A stretch of 41,997 nt of DNA from an uncultured Dehalococcoidia bacterium. GTDB lineage: Bacteria > Chloroflexota > Dehalococcoidia > DSTF01 > JALHUB01. Below the pieces are notes generated by a model. That model was not told the origin of the DNA, did no database searches, and worked only from the letters and a program-made list of their open reading frames with translations. Where the stretch lies: assembly GCA_964609475.1 (NCBI GenBank), contig CAZSRY010000001.1, positions 1 through 41,997 of the forward strand, in the 5' to 3' direction. Shown piece after piece: positions 16,874 to 24,769 of the stretch (the stretch's first letter is position 1; every line of letters begins with the position of its first letter). A program made the position numbers and the translations under genes.

Positions 16874-17281
16874 TCAATCGTTCTCAGGGTGTCCCAAACC
16901 AGAGGTCAGGGACAAATCCAATGCTTTTTGCCGCATGTATCGCTGATAGGCCTCGTAGGCATTGGTCACGGCGGTGCATATGGCCTTCTGGGGTGCCCCC
17001 ACGTAGCGACTCTGAAACTCCCAAATAGCCGATGTCAATTCCTCCTGCAGGCTCCGCCCCACCAGGATATGGGACAACAGAGCCTCTGCTCGCGTTATGA
17101 GGCCGCTAGTGGCCACCTCTACTACTAGGCCGCTGGCGGGATCCACCTCCATCTCCACCAAGACGACCGCTGGAGAGCCAAGAGAAGAAAGGCTTTGGGG
17201 CAAACGAGCATGCCCAACGAAAATCACCGTGTCCTTGCTGGCCTCCTCGGACATCGGCGTGTTCTTGCCCGATCGCTGCAC
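16874..17281 (-). CDS. DUF3870-like protein
   Basis: 135 aa: VIFVGHARLPQ...LVVEVATSG...LVGRSL...YVGAPQKAICTAVTNAYEAYQRY matches my recollection of the DUF3870 pattern. GTG start with GGGGGTG upstream. Confidence 0.5.
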   Translation of the reverse strand: MQRSGKNTPMSEEASKDTVIFVGHARLPQSLSSLGSPAVVLVEMEVDPASGLVVEVATSGLITRAEALLSHILVGRSLQEELTSAIWEFQSRYVGAPQKAICTAVTNAYEAYQRYMRQKALDLSLTSGLGHPEND

Positions 17282-17500
17282 GGATACTCACCCCCTTAGA
17301 TGGCCTTCGAGCCAAGGGACGAAACGCAGACCACCCTTGCCCGCTGGCGGGGTTCACCAGCCGACGAAATGGGCTGCTTCAGGGGCAAGCTACCATGGTC
17401 AACGACTCCCTGGCACGAAGACTAGGCCAAGGCCAAATCAAGTCCGTGAAGAGCCTCACGGGGAACGATCGAAGACAGCCAAGGGAGCCAATACGCGGGT

Positions 17501-17531
17501 AAGAAGAAGCGCCCCCACTGCTGGGGACGCT
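17501..17531 (-). terminator. intrinsic terminator after the 69-aa zinc-ribbon gene
   Basis: Minus strand AGCGUCCCCA-GCAG-UGGGGGCGCU (10-bp stem, 17531..17508) followed by UCUUCUU. Starts 32 nt after the stop at 17563. Confidence 0.6.
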
Positions 17532-17562
17532 CTTGCTCTGGGTTGAGTTTGCGCTTGTCGGC

Positions 17563-17772
17563 CTAGAGGCGCAGCTTGCCGTGGGACGGCTGCCGCCGTC
17601 TCTGCCGTACACGGCCGTTCTCATCTTCCTCCAACAGCTCTATGGCCGGAGGCGAGACCGCTTCATGGACATACCCGCAGGAAAGGCAGCTACTGTAGGC
17701 ACCATACCAGTCCCTCTCGGCAATCATCGAACCGCGACAACGTGGACAGACACGAGGCAGCGTTGCTTCCAT
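17563..17772 (-). CDS. small C4 zinc-ribbon protein, function unknown
   Basis: 69 aa: CPRCRGSMIAERDWYGAYSSCLSCGY (CxxC-x17-CxxC), acidic stretch, then a basic tail RQRRRQPSHGKLRL. SD AAGGAGAG 4 nt upstream of the ATG. Confidence 0.65.
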   Translation of the reverse strand: MEATLPRVCPRCRGSMIAERDWYGAYSSCLSCGYVHEAVSPPAIELLEEDENGRVRQRRRQPSHGKLRL

Positions 17773-17994
17773 TTATCTCTCCTTTGGCACAGAAAACTAT
17801 CCCATCTCCTGCCGGCCAGGTCCTTTCGCTGCCTCCGGGGTTAGCTGTCGGGTTCGGGTTGAAAGGCTACCCTACTCACTGGCGTGAGATTCACCCCTGT
17901 GGATACTGGGTCCCCCGTTCCCTGGGTGGGTTTCGGCACCCTCCTGTGCTTCTGCGCCCCGCGCAGAATACACCAGCGCAGACAATCGTGAATC
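17773..17994 (-). promoter_or_regulatory. long (~220 nt) GC-rich structured 5' leader, riboswitch-like, class unassigned
   Basis: Lies between the consensus promoter and the zinc-ribbon ATG with no ORF. Contains several hairpins (UUCUGCGC-GGG-GCGCAGAA, GGGUG-N8-CACCC, CUCAC-GCCA-GUGAG). See findings. Confidence 0.35.
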
Positions 17995-18001
17995 CTTTAA
18001 C

Positions 18002-18031
18002 ATTATATCTTCCCGCTTGTCCCCTTGTCAA
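18002..18031 (-). promoter_or_regulatory. consensus sigma-70 promoter
   Basis: Minus strand TTGACA (18031..18026) - 18 nt - TATAAT (18007..18002); both hexamers are perfect. Confidence 0.65.
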
Positions 18032-18069
18032 CTCTCCGTGCACCGTCAGCCAGAAATCAGCCCTCACCG

Positions 18070-18861
18070 TTAGAAGACCGCCGCCGTAGCACCGCCGTCC
18101 ACCTGGATAGTGGTGCCGGTGATGTGTCGGGCTGGCTCCGAGGCCAGAAACACCACCAAGGCCGCCACGTCCTCTGCCATACCCATATGGCCCAGGGGAA
18201 TGCGGCTGCTCTCCTCACGCACCACATCCTCGAAGGTTCGATTCTGGGCTTCCGCCCGCGACCGCATCAAGGACTGCATGCGATCGGTAAGAGTAGGGCC
18301 GGGACAGATGTTGTTGACGAGGATGTTGTCCGGCCCCAGCTCTCGAGACAGGGTCTTTGCCAGGCCCACCACGCCCAGGCGCGCCGCATTGGAAAGGATA
18401 AGGCCGTCGAGGGGCTGTTTCACGGCGTAGGAGGTGATGTTGATGATGCGTCCACCCCCCTGCCGCCGAAGATGGGGGAGGGCCTCGCGGATGGTACGCA
18501 CCACGCTTAGGAAGTTCTGATCCAGTGCGGCCTGCCAGACCTCCTCCGAGTGCTCTTCGAAGGTGCCGAACGGAGGGCCACCGGCGTTATTGACAACGAT
18601 GTCCAGGCGTCCGAAGCGCTCCACCGTCTGCGCTACAAAACGGCGAATGTCATCCTTGCTGCTCATGTCGCAGGGCACTGCCAACACATCGACACTGACG
18701 GCTGCACGTATCTCCCCCGCTGCCTCCTGGAGCGTTTTCTCATCACGGGCGCAGATCGATACCTGACATCCCTCCCGGGCCAGGCCCATAGCAGTGGCCT
18801 TGCCTATACCGCGACTGGCCCCGCCCACAAGTGCTACCTTTCCCGCAAGTCCCAGGTCCAT
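18070..18861 (-). CDS. SDR family oxidoreductase (atypical active-site subgroup)
   Basis: 263 aa: VALVGGASRGIGKA, VNNAG, NITS. SNAAR occupies the position of the canonical Y-x3-K. Confidence 0.85.
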   Translation of the reverse strand: MDLGLAGKVALVGGASRGIGKATAMGLAREGCQVSICARDEKTLQEAAGEIRAAVSVDVLAVPCDMSSKDDIRRFVAQTVERFGRLDIVVNNAGGPPFGTFEEHSEEVWQAALDQNFLSVVRTIREALPHLRRQGGGRIINITSYAVKQPLDGLILSNAARLGVVGLAKTLSRELGPDNILVNNICPGPTLTDRMQSLMRSRAEAQNRTFEDVVREESSRIPLGHMGMAEDVAALVVFLASEPARHITGTTIQVDGGATAAVF

Positions 18862-18925
18862 AGCGCCTCCTCATCTCTTGGCGATACCTTCTGTAACGAC
18901 GGCGTCTTCCATGATGGTGGGCGGC

Positions 18926-19579
18926 CTAGCCATGAGCTGGCTCGCCGACGAGGCGCTCTACCTTCTCCCAGATGCGCTTGCCCACCTCTTCGGGGGGGAG
19001 AGTCGCATCCACTATTAGCCAGCGCCCGGGCTCCCTGGCGACTAGCTCCCGAAAGCCGGCGTGGACGCGCTCGTGGAACGCCTGACTCTCCTGGCCAATG
19101 CTGTCCCATTCTGATTCCCCCGCCTTGCGGGCCAGGCCTACCTCCACCGGAAGCTCTAGGAGAACCGACAGGTCCGGGCACAGCCCACCTGTCGCCAGCT
19201 CGTTTGCCGCCTCCACGGCCTCCAGGTTCAGCCGGCGCCCGTAGCCCTGATAGGCCAGTGTAGAGTCGCTGTAGCGGTCACAGATGACTATCTCTCCGCG
19301 CTCCAGGGCGGGCCGAACCACCTCAGCCAGCAACTGAGCACGGGCCGCCAGGATCAACAGAAGCTCCGCCTCAGGCTTCAGACCAGGACGAAAGACGATG
19401 TCGCGCAGCTTTTCGCCGAGGCGCGTTCCGCCTGGCTCGCGGGTGAGGACGACCTGATGCCCCAGGCATTCCAATCGCTGACGGAGCAGTTGGGCCTGGG
19501 TGGTCTTTCCTGCTCCCTCTCCCCCCTCGAGAGTGATAAGGATGCCGGGTCTTTTTCTACGAGATGTGGTCTCTACCAT
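18926..19579 (-). CDS. tmk: dTMP (thymidylate) kinase
   Basis: 217 aa: ILITLEGGEGAGKTTQ, REPGGT, CDRY..ST.AYQG. Confidence 0.92.
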   Translation of the reverse strand: MVETTSRRKRPGILITLEGGEGAGKTTQAQLLRQRLECLGHQVVLTREPGGTRLGEKLRDIVFRPGLKPEAELLLILAARAQLLAEVVRPALERGEIVICDRYSDSTLAYQGYGRRLNLEAVEAANELATGGLCPDLSVLLELPVEVGLARKAGESEWDSIGQESQAFHERVHAGFRELVAREPGRWLIVDATLPPEEVGKRIWEKVERLVGEPAHG

Positions 19580-19593
19580 CTATGGCCCGGCCC

Positions 19594-21174
19594 TCACTCT
19601 TCCGGTGGCGGCGACTCGTCCTCGCGGAAGATGCGTACCCGCCGCAGAGGCTCACGCCCCCGGCTCCGTGAGGCCAGGCTATACTCCTGGGCCAACTGAT
19701 GCTGGAGGCGCCGGATGTAGGAGTTCTGGGGGGAAAGCTCTATCGCTCGGTCACTGGCCATCACCTCCGAGATCGCCTTCTCTGCCTCCTGCAACGCGGC
19801 CGCAACGGGGTCAAATCTCCCCTGATCACCTCGCATGGCGATCAGGCTTTGCTCCATCTGTGAGATTGTGTTGTTCTTCAGTACGTAGATGGGAAGTCCT
19901 CGCGCCTCCGCCTGTCGCAGGGCCTGTGGCTTGCGTCGATAGAAGCTGCGCAACGTCAGCACCACGTCGGCGTCGCTCAGGTGCTCGCTTACGGTTGCCG
20001 GAGAGGCTGTCTGGCGGATGGCCTGCTCCAGACGCTTGCGGGAGATGCCGAAGGGATAGACACGTCGTGTGAGGCTTGATGGCTCCCCAGGAATCTCGGC
20101 AACCGTGGGGCCTAGCGTCTCCAGAGTGCGCTTCTCCCGCTCCAAGTCCGTCTGACTTAACCGTCGTACCTTCCCCTCCTCGTCCAGCTCTCGCACCTCC
20201 GCCGGCACCTGAAAGCCTCGCAGTATGGCGTCGACGGTCTCTGCCACGTTCTGATGGACGGCTACCCGATCAAAGGTCTGGATCTCCACCACCACGTCGA
20301 AGGTGGGAGGCGCCTTTCGTTCCAGAATGGACTTCTGAGTTCCCCGTCGACGCGCCTCCTCGTCTCCCAGTGTCACCGACTGAATCCCCCCGATGAGATC
20401 GCAGAGGGTGGGGTTCATCATCAGATTCTCCAGAGTATTGCCGTGGGCGGTGGCCACCAACTGCACACCCCGCTCAGCGATGGTGCGGGCGGCGCCGGCC
20501 TCTAGCTCCGTCCCGATTTCATCAATGACTATTACCTCTGGCATGTGGTTCTCCACCGCCTCGATCATCACCCCGTGCTGCATGGTGGGGGTGGTGACCT
20601 GCATGCGGCGAGCACTGCCGATGGCAGGATGTGGTATGTCACCGTCACCTGCTATCTCGTTGGACGTGTCAACGATGACTACGCGCTTGTTCATGTCGTC
20701 GGCGAGAACGCGGGCCACCTCCCTCAACATCGTGGTCTTCCCCACACCGGGTCTGCCTAGAAGGAGGGTGCTCTTGCCCATCCGGATGATATCCTCGATG
20801 ACCCTGATCGTGCCGAAGACGGCTCGCCCCACACGACAGGTAAGCCCTACAGTGCGACCGCGCCGGTTGCGGATGGCAGAGATACGGTGCAGCGTGCGCT
20901 CGATGCCCGCCCGATTGTCATCACCAAACTCGCTGATGCGGGCTACCACGTAGTCGATATCCTCCTCGCCGACCTCGACATCGCTGAGGATCAGCTCGCG
21001 GCCGGGGTACCGCGCCTCCGGCAGACGCCCCAGATCAAGCACCACCTCCAGAAGCCCCTCATTGTCCTCCTGTTCACCTAACGGGCCGCTGATGCGGGGA
21101 GGCAGGGCCTCTATGAACCTATCCAGGTCGTCGGTTATCTGTTTCTCCAACACAGCCTCCGAAATACCACACAC
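19594..21174 (-). CDS. R3H-domain AAA+ ATPase (SpoIIIAA/ycf45-like)
   Basis: 526 aa: Walker [12 protein letters not shown], Walker [15 protein letters not shown]-terminal R3H-like region ([20 protein letters not shown]). Confidence 0.8.
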   Translation of the reverse strand: MCGISEAVLEKQITDDLDRFIEALPPRISGPLGEQEDNEGLLEVVLDLGRLPEARYPGRELILSDVEVGEEDIDYVVARISEFGDDNRAGIERTLHRISAIRNRRGRTVGLTCRVGRAVFGTIRVIEDIIRMGKSTLLLGRPGVGKTTMLREVARVLADDMNKRVVIVDTSNEIAGDGDIPHPAIGSARRMQVTTPTMQHGVMIEAVENHMPEVIVIDEIGTELEAGAARTIAERGVQLVATAHGNTLENLMMNPTLCDLIGGIQSVTLGDEEARRRGTQKSILERKAPPTFDVVVEIQTFDRVAVHQNVAETVDAILRGFQVPAEVRELDEEGKVRRLSQTDLEREKRTLETLGPTVAEIPGEPSSLTRRVYPFGISRKRLEQAIRQTASPATVSEHLSDADVVLTLRSFYRRKPQALRQAEARGLPIYVLKNNTISQMEQSLIAMRGDQGRFDPVAAALQEAEKAISEVMASDRAIELSPQNSYIRRLQHQLAQEYSLASRSRGREPLRRVRIFREDESPPPEE

Positions 21175-21181
21175 CTGGCCG

Positions 21182-22120
21182 TCAGGTGGCAGGTGCCAAC
21201 TGGCGAGCCTTGACGGCCACGGCTGTACGTTTCACCAGTACCATGTACTCTTGTCCCTCTTGAAAGCCGCGACGCAGCAGAATACGTCCCAGGCCCTCCG
21301 CGTACCTCGGTACCAGGGTGAGAACCAGACCCTTCCCGGTCAGCCGGTGCAGTACCACATCGAGCAGTGCATCCTGGCGTGGTCGCTCCGTTGGATGGAT
21401 CATCAGATCGAAACGGCCAACGTCAGCATCGGCTGCTAAGCGAAGCCAGGCTGTGATCTGACCATTCCGTTCCATTACCTGCTGAGACGCGCGACTCACG
21501 AGCCAGTGACGCTCCTGTGCAGCCTTCCACTCGCTGAACGTAGCGGCCTCAAGGCGGCGAACGGCCTCCGGCACCACTGCATTGTATAGCTGGAACAGTG
21601 AGTAATGGTCGCCCCTGACCCGCTTGCGCAGGGGAAGGTGCTCACCCATGTCCTGAGCGCCCATCTTGGGTGCCGGGCAGGAAAACAGTCGCTCAGTCAG
21701 GCACTCCGTGAAGCCCGCCCTTCGAGCTATCGGCAGGACGGCGCTATCGATGGACAATCTCAAGAATACCTTCTCCACGCCGGTGCGCGCCGCATCGCTC
21801 ACCGCCTGATCGAATAGCCCCAGACAGATGTTGCCCTCATCCTCAGCGGCGTTTATCAAGCAGTCCAGCTCCCACGCGGCACCTGAGCCTCGCCGACGCG
21901 CCGAGACCAGCCCTCGCAAGGTGGCTCCCTTAACACTGATCCAGGTGTGACGGCCGGTAGCGAAGGAGAACCACTGCTCAAGAGCGCTCTCCAGGGGATG
22001 AGGAGCCGAATCCGTCTTGCCGATACGGTCACGTGTCTTGGCTTCGTTGGGATAGACCCGGCCGTCAAAGGAAACCAGGGCTACCAAGTCCGTGGGGCGT
22101 ACTGCTCGAACAACGCTCAT
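21182..22120 (-). CDS. hypothetical protein, possibly tandem GNAT (acetyltransferase) fold
   Basis: 312 aa: [33 protein letters not shown], and a second half ending ILLRRGF. Weak pattern match only. Its start overlaps the pdxT stop (ATGA). Confidence 0.4.
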   Translation of the reverse strand: MSVVRAVRPTDLVALVSFDGRVYPNEAKTRDRIGKTDSAPHPLESALEQWFSFATGRHTWISVKGATLRGLVSARRRGSGAAWELDCLINAAEDEGNICLGLFDQAVSDAARTGVEKVFLRLSIDSAVLPIARRAGFTECLTERLFSCPAPKMGAQDMGEHLPLRKRVRGDHYSLFQLYNAVVPEAVRRLEAATFSEWKAAQERHWLVSRASQQVMERNGQITAWLRLAADADVGRFDLMIHPTERPRQDALLDVVLHRLTGKGLVLTLVPRYAEGLGRILLRRGFQEGQEYMVLVKRTAVAVKARQLAPAT

Positions 22121-22755
22121 GATATGGGTGCAGCCATGCGTGACCCTCCTGTCGCGGCCTTGCCCTGGCCAGCAGCGGCCATCTCCAGGAAATAGCGATG
22201 AAAGCGCAGGTCGGCGGTGAGCTCAGGGTGGAAGGCGGTGGCCAGCAGATGGCCTTCCTGTGCTGCCACTATCGTTTCGCTATCAAGACGCGCCAGGACC
22301 TGCACTTGGGGCCCTATCTCTACCACGGCAGGAGCTCGGATGAATACGGCGCGGAAAGGGGGCTGGCCCAGGACGGGGACATCCAGGTCCGCCTCGAAGC
22401 TATCCACCTGACGTCCGAAGGCGTTGCGCCTGATAGCAACATCCATCACTGCCAGTACAGGGTGGCTCAGGTCTGTCACCCGCTTGGCCAACAGGATCAT
22501 TCCGGCGCAGGTGCCCCAAACAGGCAAACCCTGGCTCGCTATCTCGCGCAGGCGGGGGAGCAGCCCGTATTCAACCATGAGGCGGCTGATGGTCGTGCTC
22601 TCGCCACCTGGAATAACTAGCCCATCCAGGTCTGCCAGGTGCTCCGGCAGTCGTACCTCAACAGTCTGAGCACCCAGCCGAGAGAATGCGTCTGCATGTT
22701 CAGCAAAGGCCCCCTGCAGGGCCAACACGCCGATCCGGCTCGTGCCTTTCCGCAA
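22117..22755 (-). CDS. pdxT: pyridoxal 5'-phosphate synthase glutaminase subunit PdxT
   Basis: 212 aa: IGVLALQGAFAEH, LVIPGGEST, GTCAGMI, FHPE. TTG start 1 nt after the pdxS stop. Confidence 0.92.
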   Translation of the reverse strand: MRKGTSRIGVLALQGAFAEHADAFSRLGAQTVEVRLPEHLADLDGLVIPGGESTTISRLMVEYGLLPRLREIASQGLPVWGTCAGMILLAKRVTDLSHPVLAVMDVAIRRNAFGRQVDSFEADLDVPVLGQPPFRAVFIRAPAVVEIGPQVQVLARLDSETIVAAQEGHLLATAFHPELTADLRFHRYFLEMAAAGQGKAATGGSRMAAPIS

Positions 22756-22756
22756 G

Positions 22757-23647
22757 CTACCAGCCTCGGGTGGCCAGGAGTGCCGATTCGGGGATTTCCT
22801 TTATGTCCAGGCCGCGCATTGCTTCGCCCAGGCCCTTAGACACCTCGGCGATAATCTTGGGGTCGTCGTAGTGGGTTACAGCTTTGACGATGGCACCAGC
22901 GCGATGCTCTGGGTTCTCCGACTTGAAGATGCCCGAACCGACGAAAACCCCATCGGCGCCTAACAGCATCATTAGGGCAGCGTCGGTCGGCGTGGCAACG
23001 CCGCCGGCCGCGAAGTTGACCACCGGCAGGACTCCAGTCTCATGGATTTCCCTCACCAACTCGTAGGGGGCTTTCAGGGTCTTAGCCTCGGCCATCAACT
23101 CATCCGCAGGCATGCTCTTGATGTGCCTAATGCCGTCCATGACCGCCCGCATATGCCGCACTGCCTCTACCACGTTGCCGGTGCCAGCCTCTCCCTTGGT
23201 TCGGATCATGGCCGCCCCCTCGCCAATGCGACGCAGGGCCTCCCCCAAGTCGCGGCAGCCGCAGACAAAGGGAACCTTGAAGTCATGCTTGTTCACGTGG
23301 TGAGCCTCATCGGCGGGCGTCAGCACCTCCGACTCATCAATGTAGTCTACACCCAAGGCCTCCAGCACTTGTGCCTCGACAAAGTGCCCTATGCGACACT
23401 TGGCCATGACCGGGATGCTGACCGCCTCCATGATGCGGACAATGACCTCGGGATCGGCCATGCGGGCGACCCCGCCAGCGGATCTTATGTCCGCGGGCAC
23501 CCGCTCCAGGGCCATCACCGCACAGGCCCCTGCCTTCTCAGCGATCTTGGCCTGTTCCGGCGTCACTACATCCATAATCACGCCGCCCTTCAGCATCTGG
23601 GCCAGGCCCTTCTTCACCACCCAGGTACCCTTCTCCTCAACCATCAT
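22757..23647 (-). CDS. pdxS: pyridoxal 5'-phosphate synthase lyase subunit PdxS
   Basis: [63 protein letters not shown]-like. I prefer ATG 23647 (GAGGAGAG upstream) over the track start at 23707. Confidence 0.93.
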   Translation of the reverse strand: MMVEEKGTWVVKKGLAQMLKGGVIMDVVTPEQAKIAEKAGACAVMALERVPADIRSAGGVARMADPEVIVRIMEAVSIPVMAKCRIGHFVEAQVLEALGVDYIDESEVLTPADEAHHVNKHDFKVPFVCGCRDLGEALRRIGEGAAMIRTKGEAGTGNVVEAVRHMRAVMDGIRHIKSMPADELMAEAKTLKAPYELVREIHETGVLPVVNFAAGGVATPTDAALMMLLGADGVFVGSGIFKSENPEHRAGAIVKAVTHYDDPKIIAEVSKGLGEAMRGLDIKEIPESALLATRGW

Positions 23648-23691
23648 CCCGATTCGCTCTCCTCGACCATCAAGAGATTTGCGTCGCTTCA

Positions 23692-23721
23692 ATTCTACTA
23701 TCCACACGAAGGGGTGCGCAA
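23692..23721 (-). promoter_or_regulatory. sigma-70-like promoter for pdxS-pdxT operon
   Basis: Minus strand TTGCGC (23721..23716) - 18 nt - TAGAAT (23697..23692). Confidence 0.45.
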
Positions 23722-23848
23722 GTGCGCCTGCCTGCCGGTAAGCGGGTGCACTTGCTCGCTAACGCATATACATAGGAACCTGCCGAGGTGACCCCGATGC
23801 CAGACTGCTGGAGCCGAAGGCGGATTCAGAGCATGGAATCATCGGCAA

Positions 23849-23878
23849 TTGACACTCCTGGTTACCAAGGCTTAGAAT
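23849..23878 (+). promoter_or_regulatory. sigma-70-like promoter
   Basis: TTGACA (23849-23854) - 18 nt - TAGAAT (23873-23878). Confidence 0.5.
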
Positions 23879-23913
23879 CCTTCTACGCGGACCGGAAACG
23901 GGTAGAAGGTGGG

Positions 23914-24126
23914 GTGCTGGCTGGGGAACCTCGTCAGTGCGAGGTTCTCGCTTTTTGCTGTATGGGCAAGATCCGCTATTTTCTGGCGGTATCCTCATTG
24001 GCAGTGGGGGTGTTGATCCTCCTATTCAGCCTGCTTCAGCCTGATCGGCCGGCATTAGGAATCGCCTTTGGCGTTCTACTGGCACTAAACGGGATTATCA
24101 GGTTGTACATAGGTCAAGCGGGCTGA
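23914..24126 (+). CDS. small membrane protein (two predicted TM helices), function unknown
   Basis: The C-terminal 54 aa, IRYFLAVSSLAVGVLILLFSLL...ALGIAFGVLLALNGIIRLYI, is clearly hydrophobic. GTG 23914 has GAAGGUGG upstream; ATG 23962 is an alternative. The track start at 23788 would lie upstream of the promoter. Confidence 0.45.
   Translation: MLAGEPRQCEVLAFCCMGKIRYFLAVSSLAVGVLILLFSLLQPDRPALGIAFGVLLALNGIIRLYIGQAG
23926..23956 (+). terminator. terminator-like hairpin plus T-run (attenuator or sRNA end?)
   Basis: GAACCUCG-UCAGUG-CGAGGUUC (8 bp) followed by UCGCUUUUUG. It lies inside or just before the small membrane ORF. Confidence 0.3.
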
Positions 24127-24230
24127 GGGCCCTACCCGCTATGACACGGTATGAACGCCCTCATCGCGCCTCAGGTTCAGATAGCAGCAAGTGCTATCTC
24201 CCGCTGTCTCAGGAATAGTGGATAGCCCTG

Positions 24231-24260
24231 TTGCGGCTTCTCTGGGGGGCAACTTATAAT
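24231..24260 (+). promoter_or_regulatory. sigma-70-like promoter for usp-trkA genes
   Basis: TTGCGG (24231-24236) - 18 nt - TATAAT (24255-24260). Confidence 0.45.
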
Positions 24261-24345
24261 CTATCGTGTCCTGCGAGGCCCGTAGCAGGTCAATCGGCGA
24301 TCTTGAGAGGATAGCCCATTGGCGTCCATCGACCCTACTGCCAAG

Positions 24346-24768
24346 ATGAAATCGATCCTCGTGCCTACCGACGGCTCACAGGCAAGCATGGAGGCGGTAG
24401 CCCTGGCCTGCAGCATCGCCAAGCGTAACAAAGGGAAGGTCTACGTAGTGCACGTTATGGAGGTTAAGCGGTCCCTGCCCCTCGACGCTGATCTGTCACC
24501 TGAGGCCGCTCATGGCGAAGAGATCCTGTCCCAAGCTGAGAGAGTGGCCGATGATTTGGACTTCGAGGTGGAGGGGGAGTTGCTCCAGGCCCGTGAGGCT
24601 GGCCATGCCGTGGTGGACGAAGCCGCCGAGCGGGGTGTGGACGTCATCATCCTTGGCGTGGAGTATGAGCGTCCCTTCGGGGGATACCAGCTGGGAAAGC
24701 TGCCACAGTACGCGCTGAAGAATGCCCCCTGTCATGTGTGGCTCTGGCGTCATCTGGTAAGGGAATAG
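24346..24768 (+). CDS. universal stress protein (UspA family)
   Basis: MKSILVPTDGS..., VDVIILG, C-terminal G..LG.....LKNAPCHVWL. I prefer ATG 24346 over the upstream TTG. Confidence 0.85.
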   Translation: MKSILVPTDGSQASMEAVALACSIAKRNKGKVYVVHVMEVKRSLPLDADLSPEAAHGEEILSQAERVADDLDFEVEGELLQAREAGHAVVDEAAERGVDVIILGVEYERPFGGYQLGKLPQYALKNAPCHVWLWRHLVRE

Positions 24769-24769
24769 G

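Noticed and set aside
17877-17940. ZTP (pfl) riboswitch-like ACUGGCG and CCUGGGU motifs on the plus strand of the zinc-ribbon leader region
   Set aside because: The orientation is wrong: the plus strand here leads only into the antisense of the SDR gene. The pseudoknot partner CCGCCUGGGC is not matched.
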